A DNA stretch of 33,934 bases, from assembly GCA_001770205.1 (NCBI GenBank), contig MEQL01000052.1:62001-95934 (forward strand). Reading direction: 5' to 3'. This document shows positions 9,381 to 19,291 of this stretch, piece after piece; position 1 is the first letter of the stretch, and the number at the start of each line of letters is the position of its first letter. Source of the stretch: Bdellovibrionales bacterium RIFOXYD12_FULL_39_22 (lineage in GTDB: Bacteria; Bdellovibrionota; Bacteriovoracia; Bacteriovoracales; Bacteriovoracaceae). A program made the translations under genes and the position numbers. The notes under the pieces were generated by a model. That model saw nothing but the letters and a program-made list of their open reading frames with translations, made no database searches and was not told where the DNA came from.

Positions 9381-10280
9381 CTAATATTTTTTCAACTGTA
9401 TTATCGTTGAACCAAGTAACAAAAGCAATCCACCTAATAGCTGCAGCGAGGTAACTGGTATTTTTAAGAAAATCCAATTAACCAAAACGGCGGCAAATGG
9501 AAAAGAAAGTTCCAGCAAAGCGCAGAGTCTGGCCGAAATACGCTTGAGTCCTTGATAATAAAGATACATGGATATGACGCCAGTTAGCAACGCCATAATT
9601 AAAATAGTACGCCAGACCACAAAACTCCCATCAAAAGAGGTTGGATCAAACAAAGCAAAGGGGGCCAGTGTGATCAGGCCCAAAGTGTAGCGTCCGGCCA
9701 TAATCTCTTTTTCCTCAAAACCACCGAGTGATAATTTTTTACCAAATACAGTAGATGCTCCCCAACCAATCACCGCCAACAAGGCCAATCCATAACCTTT
9801 AAGTGCTTTATCTGCAAAAAAATTGACAGAAAAATCTAAAGCAGAAATTCCTTGAACCATATCCTGGAAAGCAATAAGTCCACTGCCTAATAAACAAATG
9901 GCCGCCCAAAGAAAAAACTGACGATTAAACCGCTCTCCCACCACAAGGTGGGCCATGACTATGGCCACCAGCGGTTGCAACTTTTGCAGTAAAATTACCA
10001 CCGAGGGATTAATTAACATAAATGCGGAAGTAAATGCCAAGGTTGCCAAGGCCGAGCCAAAAACACCGATTACTAAAAAAGATAGGTAATGCGACGGACG
10101 TGCCTTAAAAAATTTTAAGGGGGCACGATAAAAAGTTGGGAAAAAAATTAGCAAAAGAAATAGATGTTCAAAAAATACGATATGAGTGGCAGAAATACCA
10201 GTTTTGAGCAGGGGATAACGAAAAAGCGTATCAATGGCCCAAATAAAACAAGAAGCGATAATTAAAAATATTCCTAACAT
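9381..10280 (-). CDS. DMT/EamA family transporter
   Basis: About 10 hydrophobic segments in two EamA-like repeats (LQKLQPLVAIVMAHLVVGER); ATG 10280 with AGGAG upstream. Confidence 0.9.
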   Translation of the reverse strand: MLGIFLIIASCFIWAIDTLFRYPLLKTGISATHIVFFEHLFLLLIFFPTFYRAPLKFFKARPSHYLSFLVIGVFGSALATLAFTSAFMLINPSVVILLQKLQPLVAIVMAHLVVGERFNRQFFLWAAICLLGSGLIAFQDMVQGISALDFSVNFFADKALKGYGLALLAVIGWGASTVFGKKLSLGGFEEKEIMAGRYTLGLITLAPFALFDPTSFDGSFVVWRTILIMALLTGVISMYLYYQGLKRISARLCALLELSFPFAAVLVNWIFLKIPVTSLQLLGGLLLLLGSTIIQLKKY

Positions 10281-10301
10281 GGCCAATAGCTCCTAAAATT
10301 C

Positions 10302-11696
10302 TTAGTTATAACTCTCCATAAATTTAACAAAACTCTTACGCGCCCTTTTAAAGATTAAATCCCTTTTTATACTCTGCTGATCTTTACGTCTACGCTGCTG
10401 TCGATCTAAAACTACTGGAGGAAAAAGAGCATAATTTATATTCGAGGGCCGAGGTTTAGGAGCTGTCATAACATAGTTGATAAGTGCTCCGATAGCACAA
10501 TCTAGCGGCCAATTAATTCGCTCTTTGTTACTTAGACGTCGCAAAATCTGATAAGCGACATAGATTCCGGCCGAAGCACTTTCAGTATAACCTTCGACTC
10601 CCACCAACTGCCCTGCAAAATAAAGCCGATCATTTTTTTTAAAACTTAGATCATAGTTAAGCAGGCCCTTCGCATTCAAAAAACTATTGCGGTGAACCGA
10701 ACCCAAATGAATAAAGCGAGCATTTTCAAAACCTGGAATCATCCGAAAAACTCTCAACTGTTCTTTATGAGTCAGTCGGGTTTGAAATCCTACTAAATTA
10801 AAGGCCGTTCCTAATAGGTTCTCTTTGCGCAACTGAACTACAGCATGTGGACGCTCCCCATTTTCGAACTCAAGGCCCACCGGTTTCATACAAGAAAAAC
10901 GTGGCGCTTCGGCACCACGCTCAGCAATCGTGTCTATGGGCAAACATCCTTCAAAAAATTTATAATCTTCAAAATCGCGCGTTGGCAATTTCTGAGCACT
11001 GACCAATTCCAAGACAAACCTGTCATACTCCTCTTTGGTAAAGGGAGCATTGAGATAACCGATTTGAGAAAGATCGCTACATTCAGCACTGCTTTTATAA
11101 CGATCTTTATAATAAAGTTTATCCCAATTAAGCGACTCACCATCCACTACTGGTGCAATGGCATCATAAAAATAAAAATCCTCCGGAGAATCTAGTAATT
11201 TCGTTTTAATATAATTTTCTAGTGAAGAGGAAGTTAATGGCCCTGAGGCCACAACTACAAAATCGTAATCAGAGACAGCAGATGTTAGCGGTAAATCGAG
11301 AGAAGTTATCTCCTCTTCAAAAATCTTTATCTTGGGGTGCTGTGAAAGCAGCTGGGTTATTTCTGCTGAAAACTGCTGCCGATCAACGGCCAGTGCACTA
11401 CCTGCGGGAACCTGACTATTTTGCGCCACTTTCCAAACAATAGAACCAAGGTCGCGCATCTCAAATTTCAATATCCCATGGGCCGAATTACTCTCTTGAG
11501 ACTTTAAAGAGTTACTACAAACTAACTCGCCAAAAGTAGATAAACGCTGGGCCGGGTTGGGATTTTTTCGTTTGCACTCATAAAGATGAACCTCCACTCC
11601 CGCATTGGCCAAACTCCAGGCCACTTCCGATCCGGCCAGGCCGGCACCGACAACCATAACTTTCCCATTAACTGACCAATTAGGCCCCGCAAACAT
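10302..11696 (-). CDS. trmFO: Folate/FAD-dependent tRNA U54 methyltransferase TrmFO
   Basis: GAGLAGSE, ELVCSNS, FEGCLPID, VGFQTRL, HRNSF, FAGQLVGVEGY motifs. Confidence 0.97.
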   Translation of the reverse strand: MFAGPNWSVNGKVMVVGAGLAGSEVAWSLANAGVEVHLYECKRKNPNPAQRLSTFGELVCSNSLKSQESNSAHGILKFEMRDLGSIVWKVAQNSQVPAGSALAVDRQQFSAEITQLLSQHPKIKIFEEEITSLDLPLTSAVSDYDFVVVASGPLTSSSLENYIKTKLLDSPEDFYFYDAIAPVVDGESLNWDKLYYKDRYKSSAECSDLSQIGYLNAPFTKEEYDRFVLELVSAQKLPTRDFEDYKFFEGCLPIDTIAERGAEAPRFSCMKPVGLEFENGERPHAVVQLRKENLLGTAFNLVGFQTRLTHKEQLRVFRMIPGFENARFIHLGSVHRNSFLNAKGLLNYDLSFKKNDRLYFAGQLVGVEGYTESASAGIYVAYQILRRLSNKERINWPLDCAIGALINYVMTAPKPRPSNINYALFPPVVLDRQQRRRKDQQSIKRDLIFKRARKSFVKFMESYN

Positions 11697-11779
11697 AAAT
11701 ATATCTCCATTATTTACAACTCTCTTTACATGTTCGAAAATATAGAGTCAACGCTATTATCGATACGCAGGAAGTGTTC

Positions 11780-13528
11780 ATGAAAATTACCATACATCAG
11801 ACAGATCAAATCATCGGTGACTTTGCCGCAATATATGACTATTGCGAGATGGCCATTAAAAAAAATATTGAAGGGCTGCACCTTTTCCCAGAACTTTTTT
11901 TGGCCGGTTATCCTTTAGCTGATCTCTGTTTGCAAAAAGAGTTTATATCCAACTATCAACGTTCACTAAAAAAAATATCTGCACTTTTTTTGCAGCTTCC
12001 ATCCAACAACAAACAGGCCTACCTTATGGGTGGACTGGATTATGAATTCGATGAAGTGGGCAAACTCAGCAAGATCAGAAACTCTATTTTTCACTTCACT
12101 CCCGGAAAAGAATATCAGAATATTTACAGCAAGCAACTGCTACCAGATTATGATATTTTTGATGAGAAAAAATATTTTACCTCTGGGAATCAAAGCATAT
12201 TATGGGATTTTTCCGGTACAACCATTGCTCCTTTGATTTGCGAAGATATGTGGCACTCTCCTTTCCATGAAAGGCGCGATCCAATAGATCAGTTAGTTGA
12301 ACTAATAAGCAAAGACACTAAAAAAAGAAAAATTGATCTAGTTATAAATCTCTCGGCCAGTCCTTTCTACTTAGGGAAAACCAAAGAGCGCCAAGAGCGC
12401 GCGCAAAAAGTTGCCAACACGCTGGCCGCCCCACTAGTCTACGTCAATAGAGTCGGAGGTGAAGACGAAATTCTTTTTGATGGAAATAGCTTCGGAGTAA
12501 ACTTTTTAGATAACAAGTTACTCCTGCAATGTTCCTCTTTTGCCGCTGATTGCAAAACCGTAGAAGTTGATCTACCGAGGAAGGCCTCCGCATTGTCACC
12601 ACCAACGGCCTCCATACATGTATGGAGAGAACTACTTCATCCTCATCTTAATGCTACCACTCCTCCCACTCTTCCTAGTTGGAATGATCAAGAGTGCGAA
12701 ACAGTTTTACAAGCATTAATGTTTGGACTGCAAGAGTATGCCAGGAAAGCAGGAATGACTAATTTTCTAGTGGCAAATTCGGGAGGGATTGATTCGGCGC
12801 TAGTTTTGGCCATCACCAAGTTATCTCTTAAAAACGGCCAACGCCTAGAGGCAATTTACATGCCTGGCCAACATTCGGCCACCTTAAGCTATGAATTAGC
12901 ATACGCTTTGGCAAAAAATTTGAACGTAAAAATTACCAGTGCCTCCATTAAATTCATCCATAGCACTATTAAAAATAGTTATCTACAAGATTTTAATAAT
13001 CCCCTTAAAGGAGTGGCCGATGAAAATGTACAAAGTAGAATTCGTGGCCTTATCCTTTATGCTCACTCTAATCAGGGCAATTTTATGGTGATCAACACTT
13101 CCAATAAATCTGAATTAGCAGTCGGCTACTCCACTTTGTACGGGGATAGCGTGGGAGCAATCAGTCTATTAGGAGATATGTACAAAAGCGAGGTTTACTC
13201 TCTGGCCAACTATATTAATAGAAAATATAACAATCCAATTCCTGAAAAAATTATTACCCGTGCGCCCACCGCCGAACTTCGAGAAAACCAAACTGATGCT
13301 CAGTCACTACCTCCTTATGATTTTCTAGATCCCATTTTAGAGGGAATTTTAAGCTATAGCATGGATAAAGAATCTTTGTCCCAGGCCGGATTTGATAGCA
13401 CGCTTATAGATAAAGTCTACGACCTATATCGCAAGTCTGAATTCAAGCGCTATCAATTTTGTCCAATCATAAAAATAAAAAAGAAAAGCTTTGGAAGGGG
13501 ATATCGAGTCCCAATTTCTAAAAAATAG
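11780..13528 (+). CDS. nadE: Glutamine-dependent NAD+ synthetase
   Basis: Nitrilase-fold triad FPELF / YSKQLLP / ICEDMW, then SGGIDS, ENVQSRIRG, NKSE.AVGY.TLYGD, PTAEL, SEFKR. ATG 11780 preferred (AGGAAG upstream); GTG 11774 is an alternative. Confidence 0.97.
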   Translation: MKITIHQTDQIIGDFAAIYDYCEMAIKKNIEGLHLFPELFLAGYPLADLCLQKEFISNYQRSLKKISALFLQLPSNNKQAYLMGGLDYEFDEVGKLSKIRNSIFHFTPGKEYQNIYSKQLLPDYDIFDEKKYFTSGNQSILWDFSGTTIAPLICEDMWHSPFHERRDPIDQLVELISKDTKKRKIDLVINLSASPFYLGKTKERQERAQKVANTLAAPLVYVNRVGGEDEILFDGNSFGVNFLDNKLLLQCSSFAADCKTVEVDLPRKASALSPPTASIHVWRELLHPHLNATTPPTLPSWNDQECETVLQALMFGLQEYARKAGMTNFLVANSGGIDSALVLAITKLSLKNGQRLEAIYMPGQHSATLSYELAYALAKNLNVKITSASIKFIHSTIKNSYLQDFNNPLKGVADENVQSRIRGLILYAHSNQGNFMVINTSNKSELAVGYSTLYGDSVGAISLLGDMYKSEVYSLANYINRKYNNPIPEKIITRAPTAELRENQTDAQSLPPYDFLDPILEGILSYSMDKESLSQAGFDSTLIDKVYDLYRKSEFKRYQFCPIIKIKKKSFGRGYRVPISKK

Positions 13529-13630
13529 AAAACAGTAATAAGCTACAGGTCAAGGTTGCAAACGAACTGTCAGAGTAGTCTAAACTAAAAAAATTAAGAC
13601 ATTGGCCAGTCCACATAATAAACTTCACCA

Positions 13631-13659
13631 TTGTGAACTCCGCTTCATGAGAGTATGCT
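13631..13659 (+). promoter_or_regulatory. Putative sigma70 promoter for argS
   Basis: TTGTGA, 17 bp, TATGCT. Confidence 0.4.
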
Positions 13660-13703
13660 TAAAATTTAACTAAAAACTATATTCTTTCTCCGGAGATTTT
13701 CTG

Positions 13704-15476
13704 ATGTCTAATAACGTTTTTCCTAATAAAATATTTAAGCATCTGGCATCTGTAGTCTTTGATGCCCAAAAGAGACTCTTTTCTCTTTCCGACCTTTCTG
13801 ACAAGCAGCTCTACGACAGCATCGTAACCCCTCCAGACCCGGCCATGGGTGATTTTGCTATCCCCTGTTTTTTATTATCCAAACCGCTTAAAATGGCCCC
13901 CAACAAAGTGGCCGAGCAATTGGCCTTTGCTATTTCTGCAGACGGCATTATTAGAGCGGTAAAACCCTCCGGCCCCTATCTTAACTTTACGCTGGAAAAT
14001 ATGGCCTACGGCGAAATCGTATCTGCTATCATCGATCACTCATATTTTAAAACGCCATTAATTGAAAAGGCGGAAAATATTATGATCGAATATTCTCAAC
14101 CCAACACCCACAAAGAATTGCACGTGGGCCACATGAGAAATCTCTGCTACGGTAACGCCCTTGTTCACATGAATCGCTATTTGGGGCATAAAGTGATTGC
14201 CTCGACCTACCCTGGCGATGTGGGAACACACGTAGCAAAATGCCTCTGGTATCTAAAATTTCACAATAAACTGCCAGCACCTACTAATAATAAAGGGCCA
14301 TGGCTGGGAGAGATGTATTCTAAGGCATCGATCAAATTAGAAGATGAGATGGGAACTCCCCGGGAAGAATTAAATCGCAAAGAATTAACCATTATCCTAA
14401 AGGAACTTACCGCCGAGAAGGGCGAATATTTTGAGTTATGGAAGGAAAGCCGTGAATGGTCTATTGAATTAATGAAACAAGTTTATAAATGGAGCGATGT
14501 GCTGTTTGATCACTGGTATTTTGAATCGCAAGTTGATCACCCCTCCATTGAATTTGCGAAGAAATGGCAACAGCAAGGTTTATATATTGAATCCGAAGGT
14601 GCCATCGGAGCAGATTTAAAAGATGATAAACTGGGTTTTTGCATTATGATTAAATCCGATGGAACTGGAACCTATGCGGCCAAGGATATATCTTTGGCAT
14701 ATAAAAAATTCGATGAATATCGACTAGATCGTAGCTACTATGTAGTAGATAAAAGACAAGCGCTCCACTTTAAACAAATTTTTAAGGTCCTTGAAAAACA
14801 AAACTTTTCTCACGCAAAAAATTGTTTCCATTTAGAGTACGACTTTGTTGAACTTCCCTCTGGTGCAATGAGTTCTCGCAAAGGAAATATCATCCCCTTA
14901 ACAGATCTTACTTCCCTAATGGAGCAAAAAATCCGTGATGATTTTTTGAATAAATATCAGGGAGAATGGCCAGATCAAGAGATCTCCGAAACGGCCCAAC
15001 AAATTGCCAATGCCGCCATAAAATATGGAATGGTACGTATGGACAGTTCTCGCAAAATTGTTTTTGACATGAATGAATGGTTAAAATTAGATGGCGAAAC
15101 CGGCCCCTACTTACAATATGTTTATGCTCGCATTCGCTCTCTTTGCGAAAAACAAAATTTTGATGAACAAAAAATGGCCAACAAAAAAATTGCCTGGAAT
15201 AGGCTAGCGGAACAAGTCGAAAAAAATATCATGGTGCAATTGTCTACCTTTAACGACATTGTGAAGGCCGCAACCGCAAACCATCGTCCCTCGATGATTT
15301 GCAACTATCTCTACGATCTAGGAAAATCCTTCAATAATTTCTATGCCAATTGTCCAATCGGCAAGGCCCCGGATGAAGATTTAAAAACGGCCAGACTCGC
15401 ACTCTCCCTGGCGGTTGCCAACATTATGCGCGAGGGGCTTGCATTAATTGGAGTAAAAGTTCCGGCAAGAATGTAA
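13704..15476 (+). CDS. argS: Arginine--tRNA ligase
   Basis: IEYSQPNTHKELHVGH (HIGH), KSDGT, MSSRKG (KMSKS-like), GETGPYLQY.YARI, C-terminal RM. Confidence 0.98.
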   Translation: MSNNVFPNKIFKHLASVVFDAQKRLFSLSDLSDKQLYDSIVTPPDPAMGDFAIPCFLLSKPLKMAPNKVAEQLAFAISADGIIRAVKPSGPYLNFTLENMAYGEIVSAIIDHSYFKTPLIEKAENIMIEYSQPNTHKELHVGHMRNLCYGNALVHMNRYLGHKVIASTYPGDVGTHVAKCLWYLKFHNKLPAPTNNKGPWLGEMYSKASIKLEDEMGTPREELNRKELTIILKELTAEKGEYFELWKESREWSIELMKQVYKWSDVLFDHWYFESQVDHPSIEFAKKWQQQGLYIESEGAIGADLKDDKLGFCIMIKSDGTGTYAAKDISLAYKKFDEYRLDRSYYVVDKRQALHFKQIFKVLEKQNFSHAKNCFHLEYDFVELPSGAMSSRKGNIIPLTDLTSLMEQKIRDDFLNKYQGEWPDQEISETAQQIANAAIKYGMVRMDSSRKIVFDMNEWLKLDGETGPYLQYVYARIRSLCEKQNFDEQKMANKKIAWNRLAEQVEKNIMVQLSTFNDIVKAATANHRPSMICNYLYDLGKSFNNFYANCPIGKAPDEDLKTARLALSLAVANIMREGLALIGVKVPARM

Positions 15477-15496
15477 CATAAATTAAGGGAAAGTAT

Positions 15497-15913
15497 ATGC
15501 AGGCCACCACTCTAAAACGAACTCAGGATATACCACTAGTTCGTGCCGAATTTAATATTTTCGGCATTAAAAATGATCCGCAGGCAACGACACTCATCGA
15601 ACTTTTTGATTACCACGCTATCGAATACAAATTTTTTGATTTTAGAGATTTCCCACCAACAGATGAACAGCTTCAGAGATTTGCTGATTTTTTGGATGAA
15701 GAATACCCACTCAATCAACGAAGCAATTTATATAAAAAAAATGAAAAAAAATTTAAGGCCCTCGGCCATAAAGAAAAACTCGATTGGCTACGTTTACACT
15801 ATCACGTTTTACCACGGCCAGTCGTTGAAGACCGCACGGAAAAAATCCTCTCTATTGGAGGAAGGCCCCAGCGTATTTTTGAGGATCTTACTGGCATAAA
15901 AGTTCGACATTAG
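15497..15913 (+). CDS. ArsC/Spx/YffB-like thioredoxin-fold protein lacking cysteines
   Basis: IFGIKN...IEYKFFDFR..PPT, LNQRS..YK and LPRPVV follow the ArsC/YffB pattern; the CxxC position reads DPQA. Confidence 0.75.
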   Translation: MQATTLKRTQDIPLVRAEFNIFGIKNDPQATTLIELFDYHAIEYKFFDFRDFPPTDEQLQRFADFLDEEYPLNQRSNLYKKNEKKFKALGHKEKLDWLRLHYHVLPRPVVEDRTEKILSIGGRPQRIFEDLTGIKVRH

Positions 15914-16115
15914 TAATTGCCCTACTTTTTTGCCAATTTTTTATCTCAAACGCAACTAACTTTAACCGTAACTACCTAAAATAACGTGTCTCATTCTACT
16001 TTTTAATAATTATAAACGTTAGACGCTATCATTGAGGTAACTACTAATGATTATAGTAAATAAAGTCGATAAGTAGCGGTGTTTTTATGAAATAGATCGA
16101 CACAAAGGTGGGCCA

Positions 16116-18554
16116 ATGAAGCATTTTATCACCCTTTTTTTTATACTATCCTTTGTCTTTTTGTCCCAATCGTGTCTGCCAAGGCCACGACTTCTTGCCG
16201 AAAAAGAGATACTTCCTGAAATAAATGATTCCACTGATCAAATAATAGATGCGATCTTCTGGGATGCTCCGGTAAAAGGGATGTTGATAATTTCTAAGTC
16301 CACCGGCAAATCTACAACTGGCCAGACTGGCAATTTTTCTTGTATTCGCGGTGAAACTCTGCAATTTGCCATAGGGGGAGTAAATACCGACTATGTTATA
16401 ATTGGCCAAGCTCAATGTGCTCCGATTATTACTCCTCTTGATTTAGCAATTAACGCCTATCTTGCACGTGATATTTCCGAATCTCCCCTTATCGAACGAG
16501 AAGGCGTTCTTTCTGATTACTATCAAGGAACCAACCGCGATGTTGCCAACAGAATTGCCTATTTTTTGCAAAAAATAAACCAGTCTCCTGAAAATGAAAA
16601 TGTAATTGATCTCTCAAACATTCACCTCGCAGAAGCTCTATTAAAAAATATAACTCCACTAAAATCTGAATCAACTATGTTTAAAATAGTGGCCATTGAC
16701 TTTACAAATGACGTAGATATTAACAACATAATCTCCTCATTGGAAGAAGATGTGCTCGATTCTACCACGGAAAAGATCATTTTATCCGATGTTACCGCAA
16801 ATGAGGCCGCTGAAGCATTTGAAGAAAATATCCTCTTCTTAGAAGATACCGCAGAAGAACTAATTGCAATGGGAACTATACAAGAAGATCTTTTCCAAAT
16901 TATAAACTCGTGGAATCAAGAAAATAAAACGCCAACACCAACTCCCACTCGAACTGCAACGCCAACACCAACTCCCACTCGAACTGCAACGCCAACACCA
17001 ACTCCCACTCGAACTGCAACGCCAACACCAACTCCCACTCGAACTGCAACGACTGCTCCTAGCTGTTCTGCAACTCTTAGCGCTAGTAGTATAACTAGCG
17101 CCGAAACTATTACCGTTTCTGTACAAGGAGGCAGCACTATTTCTAGCTACGAAGCAAACTGCGATCTTTCTCAAACTAAATTTGTATCTATCCCTGTAGT
17201 AGACGGCAAATTCACTGGCGGGCCAAATCCTCCAGGAAGTTACAGTTGTCAAATTAGAGGAGTGACTAGCACTGGAAATTATATAAACTGCGGATCACCT
17301 CTTAATTTTTCAGTCACCACTATGCAAACTAGAACAATACTTCCTGTAGACAAACCGGACCCCGGCGTACTCAAAGTAATGGAAAATGGTATTCCGGCAT
17401 ACTACCTAGTTCACACCGTCCATAACGGAGGAGATATTCCAATATATAGATCTACCAATCTTCGCGATTGGACGCTGGTAAGTTTTGCCTTCCAGCGAAC
17501 TACTGATAGTAATGGCGGGATTGTTGTTAACAACAAAAGATACTGTTGGGTTTGGGGGCCAGAATTATTTAAATTACCCAATGGTACTTTCATGTTGCAC
17601 TTTACGGCCGGACAATTTCCCACAACCGTTAATTGTAATACTCAACCGCTCACCGAGACTACTGGAGTTTACTTCGCGTCATCATCTTCCGTAACTGGCC
17701 CGTATGCTCCGGCAGCAAAATCCTGGGAGCCCATGGTGGCCGGTGCAAGCGGAGCATGTAGTATAAAAAATCAAATTCCTCGGTCAGTTATCAATTCTCC
17801 AAATTGCCAAAATGGTGGATGTATTAACATAATTCGTCTTGACTCCAGCATGTTCTATGACCAAAGCAGTAATCGCTTCTTCCTGAGCTATTCTTGGTAC
17901 ACCAATCTTCCAGCATTAACTGGAAATACGTGGGAAAAAAATAATTATGGCTCACATATCGGTATGGCCGAAATGGATTCAACTGATCCTTTCGTCGTAA
18001 AATGTCAAAGCGGAGATGGAAAATTTTTAGTAAACTCCCACTCTGCACTACTTATAAATCGAATGACCGAAAACTGCGCACGCTCATCAAATCAAAGTAC
18101 ATGTACCAGCAACCTATCCCTGACTACAGACAAATATGGAAACCAATGGTTGAGAGAGGGAAATATTTTTGGCGTGGCAGAAGGCGCTTCAATTTTTAAA
18201 CGTGGCAACTATTACTACCTCATGGCAAGCGGCTCCACTTGGGATTCGCCTCAATACAATGTTTTCTGGATTGCCTCGACAACTCTTGAAGGACTTAGCA
18301 CCAATTACGTTGGTAGTATAATGGGCCGCTACTTAATTCCCCACGATGGCCACTCCTTTGGCCATGGCTCCCCTGTTGAGACTGCCCCAGGGGTTTGGTA
18401 CTACGTTTATCATAGATTAAATAATACCAACTGCCGTAACAGTAATAACTGTTCACGGGACATCTGGATCAGTCCTATAACTTTTGAAGATACTGGTGAT
18501 GGAAAAGGTGCGATCTGGATAAAACCGATCATCCCCACAATATCACCTTTCTAG
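16116..18554 (+). CDS. Multidomain lipoprotein with C-terminal glycoside hydrolase family 43 domain
   Basis: Lipobox LSQSC; acidic N-terminal domain; Pro/Thr linker; GH43 motifs PDPGV (base Asp), WGPEL, LDSSMF (pKa-modulating Asp), AEGASIFKRGNYYYL (acid Glu), GHGS. Confidence 0.85.
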   Translation: MKHFITLFFILSFVFLSQSCLPRPRLLAEKEILPEINDSTDQIIDAIFWDAPVKGMLIISKSTGKSTTGQTGNFSCIRGETLQFAIGGVNTDYVIIGQAQCAPIITPLDLAINAYLARDISESPLIEREGVLSDYYQGTNRDVANRIAYFLQKINQSPENENVIDLSNIHLAEALLKNITPLKSESTMFKIVAIDFTNDVDINNIISSLEEDVLDSTTEKIILSDVTANEAAEAFEENILFLEDTAEELIAMGTIQEDLFQIINSWNQENKTPTPTPTRTATPTPTPTRTATPTPTPTRTATPTPTPTRTATTAPSCSATLSASSITSAETITVSVQGGSTISSYEANCDLSQTKFVSIPVVDGKFTGGPNPPGSYSCQIRGVTSTGNYINCGSPLNFSVTTMQTRTILPVDKPDPGVLKVMENGIPAYYLVHTVHNGGDIPIYRSTNLRDWTLVSFAFQRTTDSNGGIVVNNKRYCWVWGPELFKLPNGTFMLHFTAGQFPTTVNCNTQPLTETTGVYFASSSSVTGPYAPAAKSWEPMVAGASGACSIKNQIPRSVINSPNCQNGGCINIIRLDSSMFYDQSSNRFFLSYSWYTNLPALTGNTWEKNNYGSHIGMAEMDSTDPFVVKCQSGDGKFLVNSHSALLINRMTENCARSSNQSTCTSNLSLTTDKYGNQWLREGNIFGVAEGASIFKRGNYYYLMASGSTWDSPQYNVFWIASTTLEGLSTNYVGSIMGRYLIPHDGHSFGHGSPVETAPGVWYYVYHRLNNTNCRNSNNCSRDIWISPITFEDTGDGKGAIWIKPIIPTISPF
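16928..17051 (+). repeat. Perfect in-frame tandem repeat, 4 x 30 bp, encoding TPTPTPTRTA
   Basis: Unit AACGCCAACACCAACTCCCACTCGAACTGC occurs four times identically, plus a 4-nt partial copy. Confidence 0.97.
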
Positions 18555-18580
18555 AAATGAAACTACTTCGCGTTAGAAAT

Positions 18581-19291
18581 TCAACCGCCCAAATAACTGG
18601 CCTTAACCTTCTCATCGGCCAACAGTTCCTGGCCTCGGCCTTCTATTACTTTTACTCCCGTTTCCATAACATATGCACGATGAGAAAACTTCAAGGCCAT
18701 TCGGGCATTTTGCTCCACCAACAAGATAGTAACCCCTTCAGTATTTAGACGTTTGATAATTTCAAAAATTTGCAAAACAATTTTAGGGGCCAATCCTAAG
18801 GACGGTTCATCCAACATCAGAATTTTGGGCCGGGCCATAAGGGCACGACTAATGGCCAACATTTGTTGCTCTCCTCCAGATAAAGTTCCGGCCACCTGCT
18901 TGGTTCTTTCTACCAAAATAGGAAAAAGCTCATAACACCACTTTAAACTATCTTCCAACGAATCTTTCCGTGTATGCGCACCAACTAGTAAATTTTCATA
19001 CACCGTCATAGAAGCAAAAATACCACGTCCTTCTGGTGATTGTACCAATCCTGCTTGTACACGATGGTGCGGTTCTAATTTAGCAACATTTCGGCCATCT
19101 AAAATAATATTTCCTTTTGAAGCAACAATTCCTGAAATTGCTCGCAAGGTAGAACTCTTTCCGGCACCATTGCCCCCCACTAACGAAACAATTTCGCCTT
19201 TACACACCTCAATAGATAGGCCTTTGACGGCATTAATGGCACCATAATTGACCACTAAGTCTTCTATCAATAACAGCGGTTGGCCACTCAT
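18581..19291 (-). CDS. livF: Branched-chain amino acid ABC transporter ATP-binding protein
   Basis: GGNGAGKS, PEGRGIF, LSGGEQQMLA, LDEPSLGLAP, VEQNA; ATG 19291 overlaps the livG stop. Confidence 0.95.
   Translation of the reverse strand: MSGQPLLLIEDLVVNYGAINAVKGLSIEVCKGEIVSLVGGNGAGKSSTLRAISGIVASKGNIILDGRNVAKLEPHHRVQAGLVQSPEGRGIFASMTVYENLLVGAHTRKDSLEDSLKWCYELFPILVERTKQVAGTLSGGEQQMLAISRALMARPKILMLDEPSLGLAPKIVLQIFEIIKRLNTEGVTILLVEQNARMALKFSHRAYVMETGVKVIEGRGQELLADEKVKASYLGG

Noticed and set aside
16928..17051. CRISPR array
   Set aside because: Units are contiguous with no spacers, lie in frame within a CDS, and no cas genes are present.
16860..17252. Minus-strand ORFs with WCWRCSSSGS or VGVGVAVR repeats
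   Set aside because: Antisense readings of the 30-bp tandem repeat in the GH43 gene.
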